NCBI GenBank assembly: GCA_041589615.1
Contig: JBFHVK010000002.1
Coordinates: forward strand, 1 to 44,343
Length of the DNA stretch: 44,343 nt
DNA from: Gammaproteobacteria bacterium
GTDB lineage: Bacteria > Pseudomonadota > Gammaproteobacteria > SZUA-229
Direction: 5' to 3'
The position numbers were made by a program, and so were the translations under genes. Under the pieces are notes generated by a model. It did no database searches. It was given only the letters and a program-made list of their open reading frames with translations, and had not been told where the DNA came from. Position 1 is the stretch's first letter, and the number at the start of each line of letters is the position of its first letter. Below are positions 10,501 through 18,337 of the stretch, piece after piece.

Positions 10501-11640
10501 ACTATTCTCTGAAACGTCATATATTTCATCGTAGCTAAGCGTTACGTCTGCAGGTTGCTGCATTGAAACGTAATCATAACGATTCAGGACAAAGCGGCCA
10601 TACTGGTCGATCTTCAAGTAAGTGCCATACGGCATCAGGCAATAGTTGCCTAAGAATGTCTTTGCGTCTTCTTCGTCAGGGTTGCGGAACTCAATATGGT
10701 TAGCCCAAAGGTCACCGCCGATATTCTCGAAAGAGCTTAAATCAACCTCTGATGTGTCTACGCCAGCGTGCCAGTGGCTTGGGAGGTCATTGGTGATGAT
10801 CCCATATCTTTTACCAGTCAGAAGAGAATAAACCATTTCAGGCTGCGGCAAATCCAGATAAATGAATTCAGTTAGCGTTACTTCCTGGTAGTCGCCGTCA
10901 TCATCAGTATAGGAAAGGTTAATTCGAGTAGTGCCAAACTTCCCACGCTCTACGCCATAGAATGTTGTGCCGTCTGTTGATGAATAGCCGATATACTCAG
11001 TTGCCGAATCGCCATTCTTATCAGTGCCTTCAGCTATTAAGTATCCGCGAGTTTCGCCAGCATCGATAGCCCAATCATCGTCGTGCTCTACTGCCTCAAA
11101 GCCAGTAGTTGAATCGACAATGATCTCATCGGTGTCATCATATCCATAATTCCCGGCCAGCGTGCATTCGTACGGGTCGGCAAACAATTCATCTTTAGTG
11201 ATTCGCTGAATATCAGAAACTGTAATTGTGTAGCTGATCTCATCGTTAGATGGATTTTCGATTAATCCAACGCTATGTCGAACGAAGTCATCAAAATCCA
11301 TACCCTCATAGCCAAAGTAAAAGTATGTGTATTTATTGTATAGCTCATCTCCATCACCATAGATGGTATTCCATGTTGTTGTGAATGCTAATGCTTTGTC
11401 TAGTATCTGGAATGAGCCGCCGCCAATCTCGCTAATGGCTTCCTCTGGCTCAATAGTCTGCGATCCTACAGAGCAGCTTATCAGCAATCCTTGGTGGAAA
11501 ATTCCGTTAGCGTCAGTAATGTCGATGTCTTTAGATGTCACATAGATATTGTAAGAGTCTGTGACAATCTTAACGACAACAATAGGCTCTGCGCCTTTGG
11601 ATGCATTGTATGTACTGAACGATTCACTTAAAACGCGCAT
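4579..11640 (-). CDS. Giant (2353 aa) multidomain tail-tip / host-recognition protein (central fibre).
   Basis: It follows the tape measure and a small distal tail protein. It contains FN3-like modules, Gly-rich beta-helix-like segments, decapeptide repeats and duplicated GD(I/L)WF..YRYNGS.W modules. The start overlaps the upstream stop as TAATG. Confidence 0.8.
   Translation of the reverse strand: [2353 protein letters not shown]
6178..6510 (-). repeat. Duplicated ~50-aa module inside the giant tail gene.
   Basis: [47 protein letters not shown] is followed by [46 protein letters not shown]. Confidence 0.8.
7495..7935 (-). repeat. Internal tandem repeat tract inside the giant tail gene. It has a 10-aa periodicity, with about three 60-nt DNA units at its core.
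   Basis: Protein: ...[61 protein letters not shown]... DNA units share acagccaa.tc..c.atctttgc..t.gttat.gctgc. Confidence 0.8.
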
Positions 11641-12077
11641 TAAATGGCCTCTCGAATAGTGAAGCTGTATTGAAACGAATCTATAAAGGTTGGGTCACGC
11701 CTAGTTATTGTTGGCGTCGAATTGGCAACTAATTGCACTGATACCTCGGCATCATCTTCGTCTATGTTGGTGATGGTGAATTCCTCAGACGCACGAACCG
11801 AATTAAAGAACATATTCATATAGGATCCTGAAAGGTCAGCCGTTGTAGCATCGTTAATGGTCACAGTGCCTTCCTCTGCAATAGTTACCGACCAGTTCAT
11901 GTTGGCGTAAAAATCACGAGAATCCTGAATGCCGCTTTTGGTTAGCTTATCTGTTTTGCTCCACTCGTATGATGGCGTGAACTCAGTAACATCAACTGAC
12001 ATTTCTATTTGGTCGCCAGATGATACGCCAGTTACCAGCTCCCTAAGCGCGGTGTAAGTGATTACTACATTACTCAT
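11640..12077 (-). CDS. Minor/distal tail protein.
   Basis: This 145-aa ORF sits between the tape measure and the tail-tip protein. It has TAATG overlaps on both sides. Confidence 0.5.
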   Translation of the reverse strand: MSNVVITYTALRELVTGVSSGDQIEMSVDVTEFTPSYEWSKTDKLTKSGIQDSRDFYANMNWSVTIAEEGTVTINDATTADLSGSYMNMFFNSVRASEEFTITNIDEDDAEVSVQLVANSTPTITRRDPTFIDSFQYSFTIREAI

Positions 12078-13585
12078 TAGTTAAACCTCTTGAATTGCGC
12101 TGATGTTGACTTAATCGGTACTGCATCAGAATCGAACACGCTAGCCAGTATCTGGGCCCATTCAGACGTTGAAATATTGTTCCCGCCAGTGATATTTACA
12201 TTGGTTATGCTGTTGTCCGTACTGGTTGAGCTTGAACTGCTAGTTGATGAGCTGATAGATGTGCTCGAACTTGTGCCTGATGTGTCGCCGTAGTCAGTTG
12301 ATAGGATAGAGCTAACGTTCGCAGCAGCAGCAGCCCATACCGCAGCAGCACTTACAGCGCCGTAGATGCCGCCCTGTTCCCAAGCCTTAGCAGCAGCGCC
12401 ATAAGCGTTAATTAAGGCCATAGAAGCAGCGCCAGCCTTACCTATATTGAATATCTCCTCGTTCTCTACAGCCATAAACGCAGTGAATGCAGATGTCAGA
12501 TTCTGCATTGCCTCGTTCTTTTGCTGCTCCAGTTCAATTGCAGCATTGGCCGCATCTTCATCAGCCTGAATGCGGGCGTTTGCGTATTCTTGGTATATGC
12601 CAAGCTGAGTTTCGAACGAGTCGCGCTCATCGGCAATGCGCTGGGTTTCCATGTCCTGCATTGCATATCTGAACTCGTTATAGATGCTTAGCTGTCGGTC
12701 TAGGTATTCACCTTCAAGATAGTCATTAATCGCATCAAGCTCAGACTGGAGCGAGAAGCGGCGTTGATTCATTTCATCCTGAGTCGGCCAAGTCATTGTC
12801 ACGGCTAAGTCTTCATCCGAGATGCCAGCCATGATTTCTTTAATGTCTTCTATGCCGGTTTTATATGCGTCAATGTCCTGATTCAGCGTGTCATATTCGG
12901 CGCTCATTGAGGCGATAGATTTCTGAGTCTCTGCATATGTTCCGTTTAGAGTTTCCTGCGCTGCTTTTGCTGTTCGTCCATAGCCTGAGGCCTTCTCTTC
13001 TAGCAGCTCAATTTCAGACTGCTGCTCTGCGATGGCTTCAGTCAGCTCTTCCTGCCGGTCTTTTGCTTCTTCGATTTTCGAGGCGTAATCAAGCAAAAGG
13101 AAATTGGCTTGCGCTTCGGTTAGGTTCTCGAAGTCGTTAGTCATCTCCTTGATTCGATCAACTAAGTCGGATGCTTCTTCCTCAGTGGTCATGAATGCAG
13201 CGGCAAGTGTGCCAACCAGTACAGCACCAAGTGACACGGCAACGCCAATAAGAGGGGCGCCCAATACGATACCTAAGTCAGCAGCCTGCTGAGATAGCGC
13301 AACCATTGGTGATACGCCGCCCTGTATCTGGCCGACCATTTGTTGAATCTGAATACCCGCCTGACCTGCACTTCGGCCCATTCCGCTTGTGGCAGTTGAT
13401 GCCTTGGTTGCGTTTGCGGTATGAGTCTTAAGTGTTGTTCCGGCAGTTTTAGACTTACTGGTTAAATCCTGAACTTCATCGGCAGCCCGTGAGGCACTTG
13501 AGGCCATATCAAGAAGGGCATCATCGGCTTTAATTACGTCAGTGGAATCAACCTCGATTCCTAGCGTTGTAATCTCTGTTGTCAT
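12077..13585 (-). CDS. Tape measure protein (short, 502 aa).
   Basis: It lies after the chaperone pair. It has a central hydrophobic Gly/Ala-rich segment, long coiled-coil stretches and a Ser/Thr-rich tail. Confidence 0.75.
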   Translation of the reverse strand: MTTEITTLGIEVDSTDVIKADDALLDMASSASRAADEVQDLTSKSKTAGTTLKTHTANATKASTATSGMGRSAGQAGIQIQQMVGQIQGGVSPMVALSQQAADLGIVLGAPLIGVAVSLGAVLVGTLAAAFMTTEEEASDLVDRIKEMTNDFENLTEAQANFLLLDYASKIEEAKDRQEELTEAIAEQQSEIELLEEKASGYGRTAKAAQETLNGTYAETQKSIASMSAEYDTLNQDIDAYKTGIEDIKEIMAGISDEDLAVTMTWPTQDEMNQRRFSLQSELDAINDYLEGEYLDRQLSIYNEFRYAMQDMETQRIADERDSFETQLGIYQEYANARIQADEDAANAAIELEQQKNEAMQNLTSAFTAFMAVENEEIFNIGKAGAASMALINAYGAAAKAWEQGGIYGAVSAAAVWAAAAANVSSILSTDYGDTSGTSSSTSISSSTSSSSSTSTDNSITNVNITGGNNISTSEWAQILASVFDSDAVPIKSTSAQFKRFN

Positions 13586-13586
13586 G

Positions 13587-13937
13587 TCAGCCTCTTATGC
13601 CGAAGAATCTGCGCAAGTTCTTATCAGTCGCAGAAATGAATTTTTCACCAGTGCCAATATAAGGCGGTTGGCCGTTGTACTCTTTCGCCCTGAACTTAAC
13701 CTCTGATGATGCATAAGTCCGGCTCATGAATATCAGCAATTCAACCTCTTTCGGGTTTGGCCGCCAGCCTGACAACTCAACCCATGCCTGCACGTCCTTG
13801 TGCTCAAATCTAAGGCCAAGTTCATTAAACCACTGGCCTATATACTCAAAAGGGCTAATGTCAGGTAGTGTAAATTCCTGAGCACTAGCCCTCGATTGTT
13901 TCTCGCCTTCTGGTACTGCTTGAAGCCAGCCAAGCAT
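13587..13937 (-). CDS. Tail assembly chaperone extension (T-like part), probably made as a G-T fusion by -1 frameshifting.
   Basis: It lies in the -1 frame relative to 13952..14341. That frame is open upstream to about 13995, overlapping the end of the G-like ORF. Confidence 0.6.
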   Translation of the reverse strand: MLGWLQAVPEGEKQSRASAQEFTLPDISPFEYIGQWFNELGLRFEHKDVQAWVELSGWRPNPKEVELLIFMSRTYASSEVKFRAKEYNGQPPYIGTGEKFISATDKNLRRFFGIRG

Positions 13938-13951
13938 TTCGGCGTAAAGCT

Positions 13952-14341
13952 TTAGTTGCTTTTTGGCTTCTTCGTAAAATTTGAGCGTTTTTCAACCGCT
14001 ACAGATACTTGGTCAATAATCCAGCCGAATTGCGTTAGGAGCTTGACCGCATTGTCTTTACTGTACTCAAACGATTCGCCGCCCCAAGTGAAACCAGACC
14101 AACCAGTTACGCAAGGCGCATACAGCTTCACAGACTCGACATCGTTGTCGATTTCCTTGCCGTCCTTGATAGCCTTTGACATCCGGCGAAGTGAGTCATT
14201 TTTAGCCTTGCGATAGACCTTAGAGTCAGAGCCGATAACCTCAATAGTTACACCAGCCTTTTTACCTGTCTTCGGGTCGATAAGCTCTAGCGAGAATCCA
14301 TTCTCTGCATCTGCGGCTAGGTCGTAATTGGTTAATTCCAT
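13952..14341 (-). CDS. Tail assembly chaperone (G-like).
   Basis: It sits between the tail tube and tape measure genes. A slippery heptamer lies near its 3' end. Confidence 0.65.
   Translation of the reverse strand: MELTNYDLAADAENGFSLELIDPKTGKKAGVTIEVIGSDSKVYRKAKNDSLRRMSKAIKDGKEIDNDVESVKLYAPCVTGWSGFTWGGESFEYSKDNAVKLLTQFGWIIDQVSVAVEKRSNFTKKPKSN
13976..13982 (-). promoter_or_regulatory. Candidate -1 programmed frameshift slippery heptamer A_AAT_TTT.
   Basis: The minus strand reads tca AAT TTT acg in the zero frame, which fits the X_XXY_YYZ pattern. The -1 frame is open from here into 13587..13937. Confidence 0.5.
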
Positions 14342-14793
14342 TATGCGGATACCACGACAGGAACGTTATCAAAAATAACCTTGCCAGTAACAGTAACCAT
14401 ATCATCAGCAGTGCCTACAGTTACCGGAGCCTCGAAGATTTGGCCAGTGTTGTAAATGACAGTGCCGTCCTGCAGAGTGAACTCATGCGAAAACACAGTG
14501 TCTTGCTCAGCACCATCTACGCCAGAAATGAACAATGCTTGGCCTGCGTCATCAGGATCATAATCGGCAGTTGGTGTAATCTCACCATAAGACTTTGAGC
14601 CTTTGCGCGTTTTGGTAATGCCTGTTTTCAGCGGTGTGGTAGTCACTGATGTGAACGTTGCACCCATGACCGTACCTAAGTTGGTAACGCCTTCGTATTC
14701 AGTAAATGTCAGCGCCTCAAAGCCTGCTTGATCGTGTGATGCTGGCTCACCTGCATAAAGCCGGTAAGTAACGCCAATGCCTGTTTGTGACAT
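14341..14793 (-). CDS. Major tail tube protein.
   Basis: This 150-aa ORF lies directly upstream of the chaperone pair. Position and size fit a siphovirus tube protein. Confidence 0.65.
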   Translation of the reverse strand: MSQTGIGVTYRLYAGEPASHDQAGFEALTFTEYEGVTNLGTVMGATFTSVTTTPLKTGITKTRKGSKSYGEITPTADYDPDDAGQALFISGVDGAEQDTVFSHEFTLQDGTVIYNTGQIFEAPVTVGTADDMVTVTGKVIFDNVPVVVSA

Positions 14794-14820
14794 AATAAAA
14801 CCCTCTTTTAGATCGTTTAA

Positions 14821-15270
14821 TTATAACGCAGCTATAGCGTCCGTTAAAGCCTTGTTAAAGTTGATAACATTAGTTCGAACCATCCCTGTTGGTGCTTGGC
14901 TTGACCATCCTTGATATTCAAGCCGTCCGATATATGGTGTCGAGTTGATTAGGTAGAACACTGAGCCAGCCGCATAGCTACTAATATCTTCCACGTCTTC
15001 GATAACGCCAACCTCTGTCTTTGCATATGCGCCATCGTCAAATACTGGCGTGTAGCTGCCAACGCTCGGAATCCAGTTACCACGGGCAGTGCCGCCAACG
15101 TAGCCTTTCGGCGGCGGAGATTGCCATAACGCAGGATTGCCAACTGGCGTATCTTTGATAATCATCGTTGATAGTTGAAGGCAGGCGGCATTGATCACTT
15201 TTCGAGTATCTAAGCTGGTCTTTTCGGCCCATTCTTTAATCTTTACAGCAAATAAATCAGGCGTACTCAT
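14821..15270 (-). CDS. HK97 gp10-like head-tail joining / tail completion protein.
   Basis: ATG at 15270 overlaps the upstream TGA as ATGA. The motif PKGYVGGTARGNW is typical of the gp10 family. Confidence 0.6.
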   Translation of the reverse strand: MSTPDLFAVKIKEWAEKTSLDTRKVINAACLQLSTMIIKDTPVGNPALWQSPPPKGYVGGTARGNWIPSVGSYTPVFDDGAYAKTEVGVIEDVEDISSYAAGSVFYLINSTPYIGRLEYQGWSSQAPTGMVRTNVINFNKALTDAIAAL

Positions 15271-15659
15271 AAGAACGCCCTGTAACGGATTGAAACAGGA
15301 ATAGCCGCCCATGATTCACGGTCTTCAAAGGCAGTGCCTGCCCATGACATTTCAACGAATACATCGCCCTGCTTTGAGCCTTTACTAAACTCGGCCAGAA
15401 CCTCATCAACGATGGCCCTTGCCGTCACAATGCCCTGCCCTTTAGGTTGCAGCACATCAACTTGAAAGATGCCTCTATAGTCATTCAATGAGCTTGTTGG
15501 CAGTCCGCGAGTGGTTGTTTGTGATGGCAACATAAAACAGCGCAGGTAAGGTTGATCAGTTGGCGTATAGCTAACACCAAGATAAGCAACGTCATAACCA
15601 TTAGTTACAGCGAAATTCTTTAGCTTTGTTTCGAGTGCCGCAGTAATGGTATTTAACAT
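15267..15659 (-). CDS. DUF4128-like tail terminator / neck protein.
   Basis: Size (130 aa), position, and a sequence pattern resembling DUF4128 family members. Confidence 0.5.
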   Translation of the reverse strand: MLNTITAALETKLKNFAVTNGYDVAYLGVSYTPTDQPYLRCFMLPSQTTTRGLPTSSLNDYRGIFQVDVLQPKGQGIVTARAIVDEVLAEFSKGSKQGDVFVEMSWAGTAFEDRESWAAIPVSIRYRAFL

Positions 15660-15660
15660 G

Positions 15661-15996
15661 CTATTTCCTCAACTGTAATGTGTAGATAATCGCGCAGGTC
15701 TCATCTGGGTCTAATGGGCTAACGCTTACAATTCGGTAAAATCCGTACTTGTCACCTTGTGTCGGCTCTTCGCCTGAGTAAATCATCTTTTTATCGCTGG
15801 CCAGAATTGCGGTTCCGTCTATCTCTGTGTTCGAGTAATTCAGCAGCACGCCATAACCTGAAATTGTGGTTGTGGTCGTAGTTACGCCTGAAGATGGGTC
15901 GTATTCACCTTCCTCAATATGCGTAATAGTCACAGCCTTGCCATTGGATTTGATTAGGCGCTCAGCAGTGGTTCTTAGTTTTGCGTAATCAGCCAC
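15661..15996 (-). CDS. Head-tail adaptor/closure protein.
   Basis: GTG start at 15996 overlaps the upstream stop. This 111-aa ORF lies in the connector block. Confidence 0.45.
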   Translation of the reverse strand: MADYAKLRTTAERLIKSNGKAVTITHIEEGEYDPSSGVTTTTTTISGYGVLLNYSNTEIDGTAILASDKKMIYSGEEPTQGDKYGFYRIVSVSPLDPDETCAIIYTLQLRK

Positions 15997-16468
15997 GGTA
16001 CACCTTCGGATTGAATGCAGATGAAGCTGCAGTTAGCTTCTTGAGTAGATTGTTAATCTTTGGATCAATGCTATTGGTAATGGCGTTATCCTGATATTCA
16101 ATCTCAATAACGTCAACCTTCTCCATCTTGATTCCTGATGTAATTACCGCATCAGGTGAATTCCCCTCATCGATAGCTACAGCAACGGCCATTTGCGCCT
16201 TCTTGAGGTCTTTCGGTATTTCATCAGTGCCAATGCTAAAGCCGTCAATCTTAACGCCTGAGCGCGGCCACTGCAGCTCCTGATCCTGAGTGTACTTAGC
16301 ACCCTTGAACGACTGCGCTTCGATGTAGTCCATTGCCTGAATCAAAAGCTGCTCAGTGTCACCAGATAGCGTAACTCCGCGAGCAGTAGCGTAATCAGAT
16401 AGCTCTGTCTCTGTAGCATAGCTATTGGCATCTTCTACGATAGAGCCGTCTTCAACTGTAATCGTCAT
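15989..16468 (-). CDS. gp6-like head-tail connector protein.
   Basis: ATG at 16468 (MTITVEDGS...) overlaps the upstream stop as TAATG. The N-terminal region resembles the phage gp6-like / DnaT-like connector family. Confidence 0.5.
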   Translation of the reverse strand: MTITVEDGSIVEDANSYATETELSDYATARGVTLSGDTEQLLIQAMDYIEAQSFKGAKYTQDQELQWPRSGVKIDGFSIGTDEIPKDLKKAQMAVAVAIDEGNSPDAVITSGIKMEKVDVIEIEYQDNAITNSIDPKINNLLKKLTAASSAFNPKVYRG

Positions 16469-17070
16469 TAAAACCTCTCTTCCCACGACAATTCATATTC
16501 GCCGTAAGTGTCGTTATTGCCGCTACCAATGCCGTCAAGTACAACCCACACAATAGAGCCAGCAGCAATGCCAGAACGCAAACCTTCTGGAGCGTAGGTT
16601 GATGATGCACGGTTATTATTGCCATCAGTCAATACGCTTTGCCCAGTGTATGGAGTGTTTGTGCCTGGTGTGAATATTCCAGAACCAACAGCGCGCTGGA
16701 TGGTTACGCCAGTCTCTGGATGAGTATCAAATGTTTCATGCAGGATTCGATTTAGCGCAGTTATCGAGCCTGAGTCAGACAGTGTGCCGGTGAATGTTTC
16801 GCCATTATCAAACACATAAACCCGATACTTTCGACCGCCAGACCATAGGCTTAACACTCCCTCTTGAACTATAACCGCATAAGTTGTGGCAATTTTATAA
16901 ACTATCTGGTTTGCATTGCTAATGCCGTCAAACTCATCGAAATAGCGGAACTGGGCATTGCCTTCAAACGATGACTGCTGTGAGTCTACAGCAATGCGCC
17001 TAATTCCTTCTCGGTCATCTGTCAGCAGGTCTGACATAATGCCGCCATTACCACCAACAGGATAGGCCAT
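16468..17070 (-). CDS. Virion structural protein of unknown role (possible capsid accessory protein).
   Basis: This 200-aa ORF lies between the capsid and connector genes. It has coupled starts and stops. Confidence 0.4.
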   Translation of the reverse strand: MAYPVGGNGGIMSDLLTDDREGIRRIAVDSQQSSFEGNAQFRYFDEFDGISNANQIVYKIATTYAVIVQEGVLSLWSGGRKYRVYVFDNGETFTGTLSDSGSITALNRILHETFDTHPETGVTIQRAVGSGIFTPGTNTPYTGQSVLTDGNNNRASSTYAPEGLRSGIAAGSIVWVVLDGIGSGNNDTYGEYELSWEERF

Positions 17071-17285
17071 TATTTAGCGCCTTTAATTTTGTCAGCCTTG
17101 GCCTTAACTGCTGCGTTAATGCCCTTGCGAACATCTTCAGGGTCAACCACAGACCATGATTTTACTGGCTTATCTGATGTTGTTACTTCATCAATCTTTT
17201 CTTGCAGAGTCTCTTCTGACCATCGGCCATCTACGTCAATGCCCAACGCTTCAGCTTTGGTTACCAATTCTTCTTTCTGTGACAT
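17070..17285 (-). CDS. Small HeH/SAP-like domain protein.
   Basis: The motif KAEALGIDVDGRWSEETLQEKIDE resembles a HeH / Rho-N-like motif. Confidence 0.4.
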   Translation of the reverse strand: MSQKEELVTKAEALGIDVDGRWSEETLQEKIDEVTTSDKPVKSWSVVDPEDVRKGINAAVKAKADKIKGAK

Positions 17286-17292
17286 ATAAACC

Positions 17293-17319
17293 TCGAAAGG
17301 AAAAGCCCCCGAAGGGGCT
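17293..17319 (-). terminator. Hairpin/attenuator downstream of the capsid gene.
   Basis: The minus strand reads agcccc-ttcg-ggggct (UUCG loop), followed by tttcctttc. Confidence 0.5.
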
Positions 17320-17326
17320 GTATTGA

Positions 17327-18337
17327 TCAGTTGGTGATCAGGAATGCCAATGGGCAGTTCTTACGATCAAACACGCGAGTCCAGTTGCCAGCGGTTGCCA
17401 GCTCTGCCTGAGTAGGAGATACGCCAGCCAGTGAAGCGCCTTCCCATTTGAAGCCTGCAGGGTGGGTAAGCCATGTTTTACGCTCAACGATGTATTCAAC
17501 GCCTGCGCCGTCACCTTGCAGCTCTTCACGCTTAACGGCAACAGGAACTTTCGGAGTGCCTTCACCGTAGCCAAACGCGCCTTCACCGAACAGTACAGTA
17601 ACGTACTTGTAACCATCTGTAGAGCCAGCAAGTACAGTGTTCTGGTCATCCAGAATTACACGGTGGCCCATGTAGGTTGGAATGGTCAGCATACCCTGAG
17701 AGTCTGGAATGAAGTCGATATCATCGTTTTCCAGCATCTGCTTATAGATGGCAGAGTGAACACCGATAGCGCCAGTGTTATCAAACGCATCGCCCAAAGT
17801 GAAGGCGGCAGTCAGGAAGTTAGAGCGGCTGAACTTAGTTGCAGTGGTCTGAGACGCAATTGCTTCGGCAGCGATGTCGTAAACCATATCACTGTCATCA
17901 TTGGCAACGTTAGACAGCAGAATGCCATAAGAGGTTTTCAGTAGTCGGCGCTGGAATTGCTTCATCCAGTAGGTGCCGAAACGGTTGCGGATGCGCTGCA
18001 TTGGGTCGGATCCTGCAATTTCACCGGCCAGGTCAGTTGCAGAGTAAACTTGGTTCAGGTATGAAACAATACCAACCTGCTTGCTTGCGCCCAGTTTCAG
18101 CGCAGTAGCTTCGGAGGTCGGATCATCAGAGGAAATGTTCGCCTCGTCATCGCCATCCAGGTCAGCCCAAAACGGAATATTTACCTCATTGCCACCGGAG
18201 CTTGCCTTCTCATCGAGAATAGGGTTGCGAGTGATAATGCCGGATTCGGCCATTGCGGTTTTTTCTGGTGAATTCTCAGCTTGGTAAGTTGTATATACCT
18301 CTGGAATCACCACATCAGTTAATTGAGTAGATGCCAT
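17327..18337 (-). CDS. Major capsid protein.
   Basis: This 336-aa ORF follows the scaffold gene and is followed by a hairpin. Its composition is typical of HK97-fold capsid proteins. Confidence 0.75.
   Translation of the reverse strand: MASTQLTDVVIPEVYTTYQAENSPEKTAMAESGIITRNPILDEKASSGGNEVNIPFWADLDGDDEANISSDDPTSEATALKLGASKQVGIVSYLNQVYSATDLAGEIAGSDPMQRIRNRFGTYWMKQFQRRLLKTSYGILLSNVANDDSDMVYDIAAEAIASQTTATKFSRSNFLTAAFTLGDAFDNTGAIGVHSAIYKQMLENDDIDFIPDSQGMLTIPTYMGHRVILDDQNTVLAGSTDGYKYVTVLFGEGAFGYGEGTPKVPVAVKREELQGDGAGVEYIVERKTWLTHPAGFKWEGASLAGVSPTQAELATAGNWTRVFDRKNCPLAFLITN

Noticed and set aside
5996-11545. Many 60-140-aa ORFs on the + strand, or in alternative minus-strand frames, inside the giant tail gene. 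Examples are 5996..6274, 7661..8086, 8672..8872, 9045..9269 and 10065..10277.
   Set aside because: All are nested in the 7-kb ORF. Their translations are low-complexity (Ser/Ala/Val-rich) mirror images of the repeats. None has an RBS.
4579-11640. Diversity-generating retroelement targeting the tail protein.
   Set aside because: There is no reverse transcriptase ORF and no template/variable repeat pair. The internal repeats are in-frame tandem modules.
17338-18287. ORFs 17338..17649(-), 17462..17944(+) and 18081..18287(+) inside the capsid gene.
   Set aside because: They are nested or antisense to a well-supported 336-aa capsid ORF. None has an RBS.
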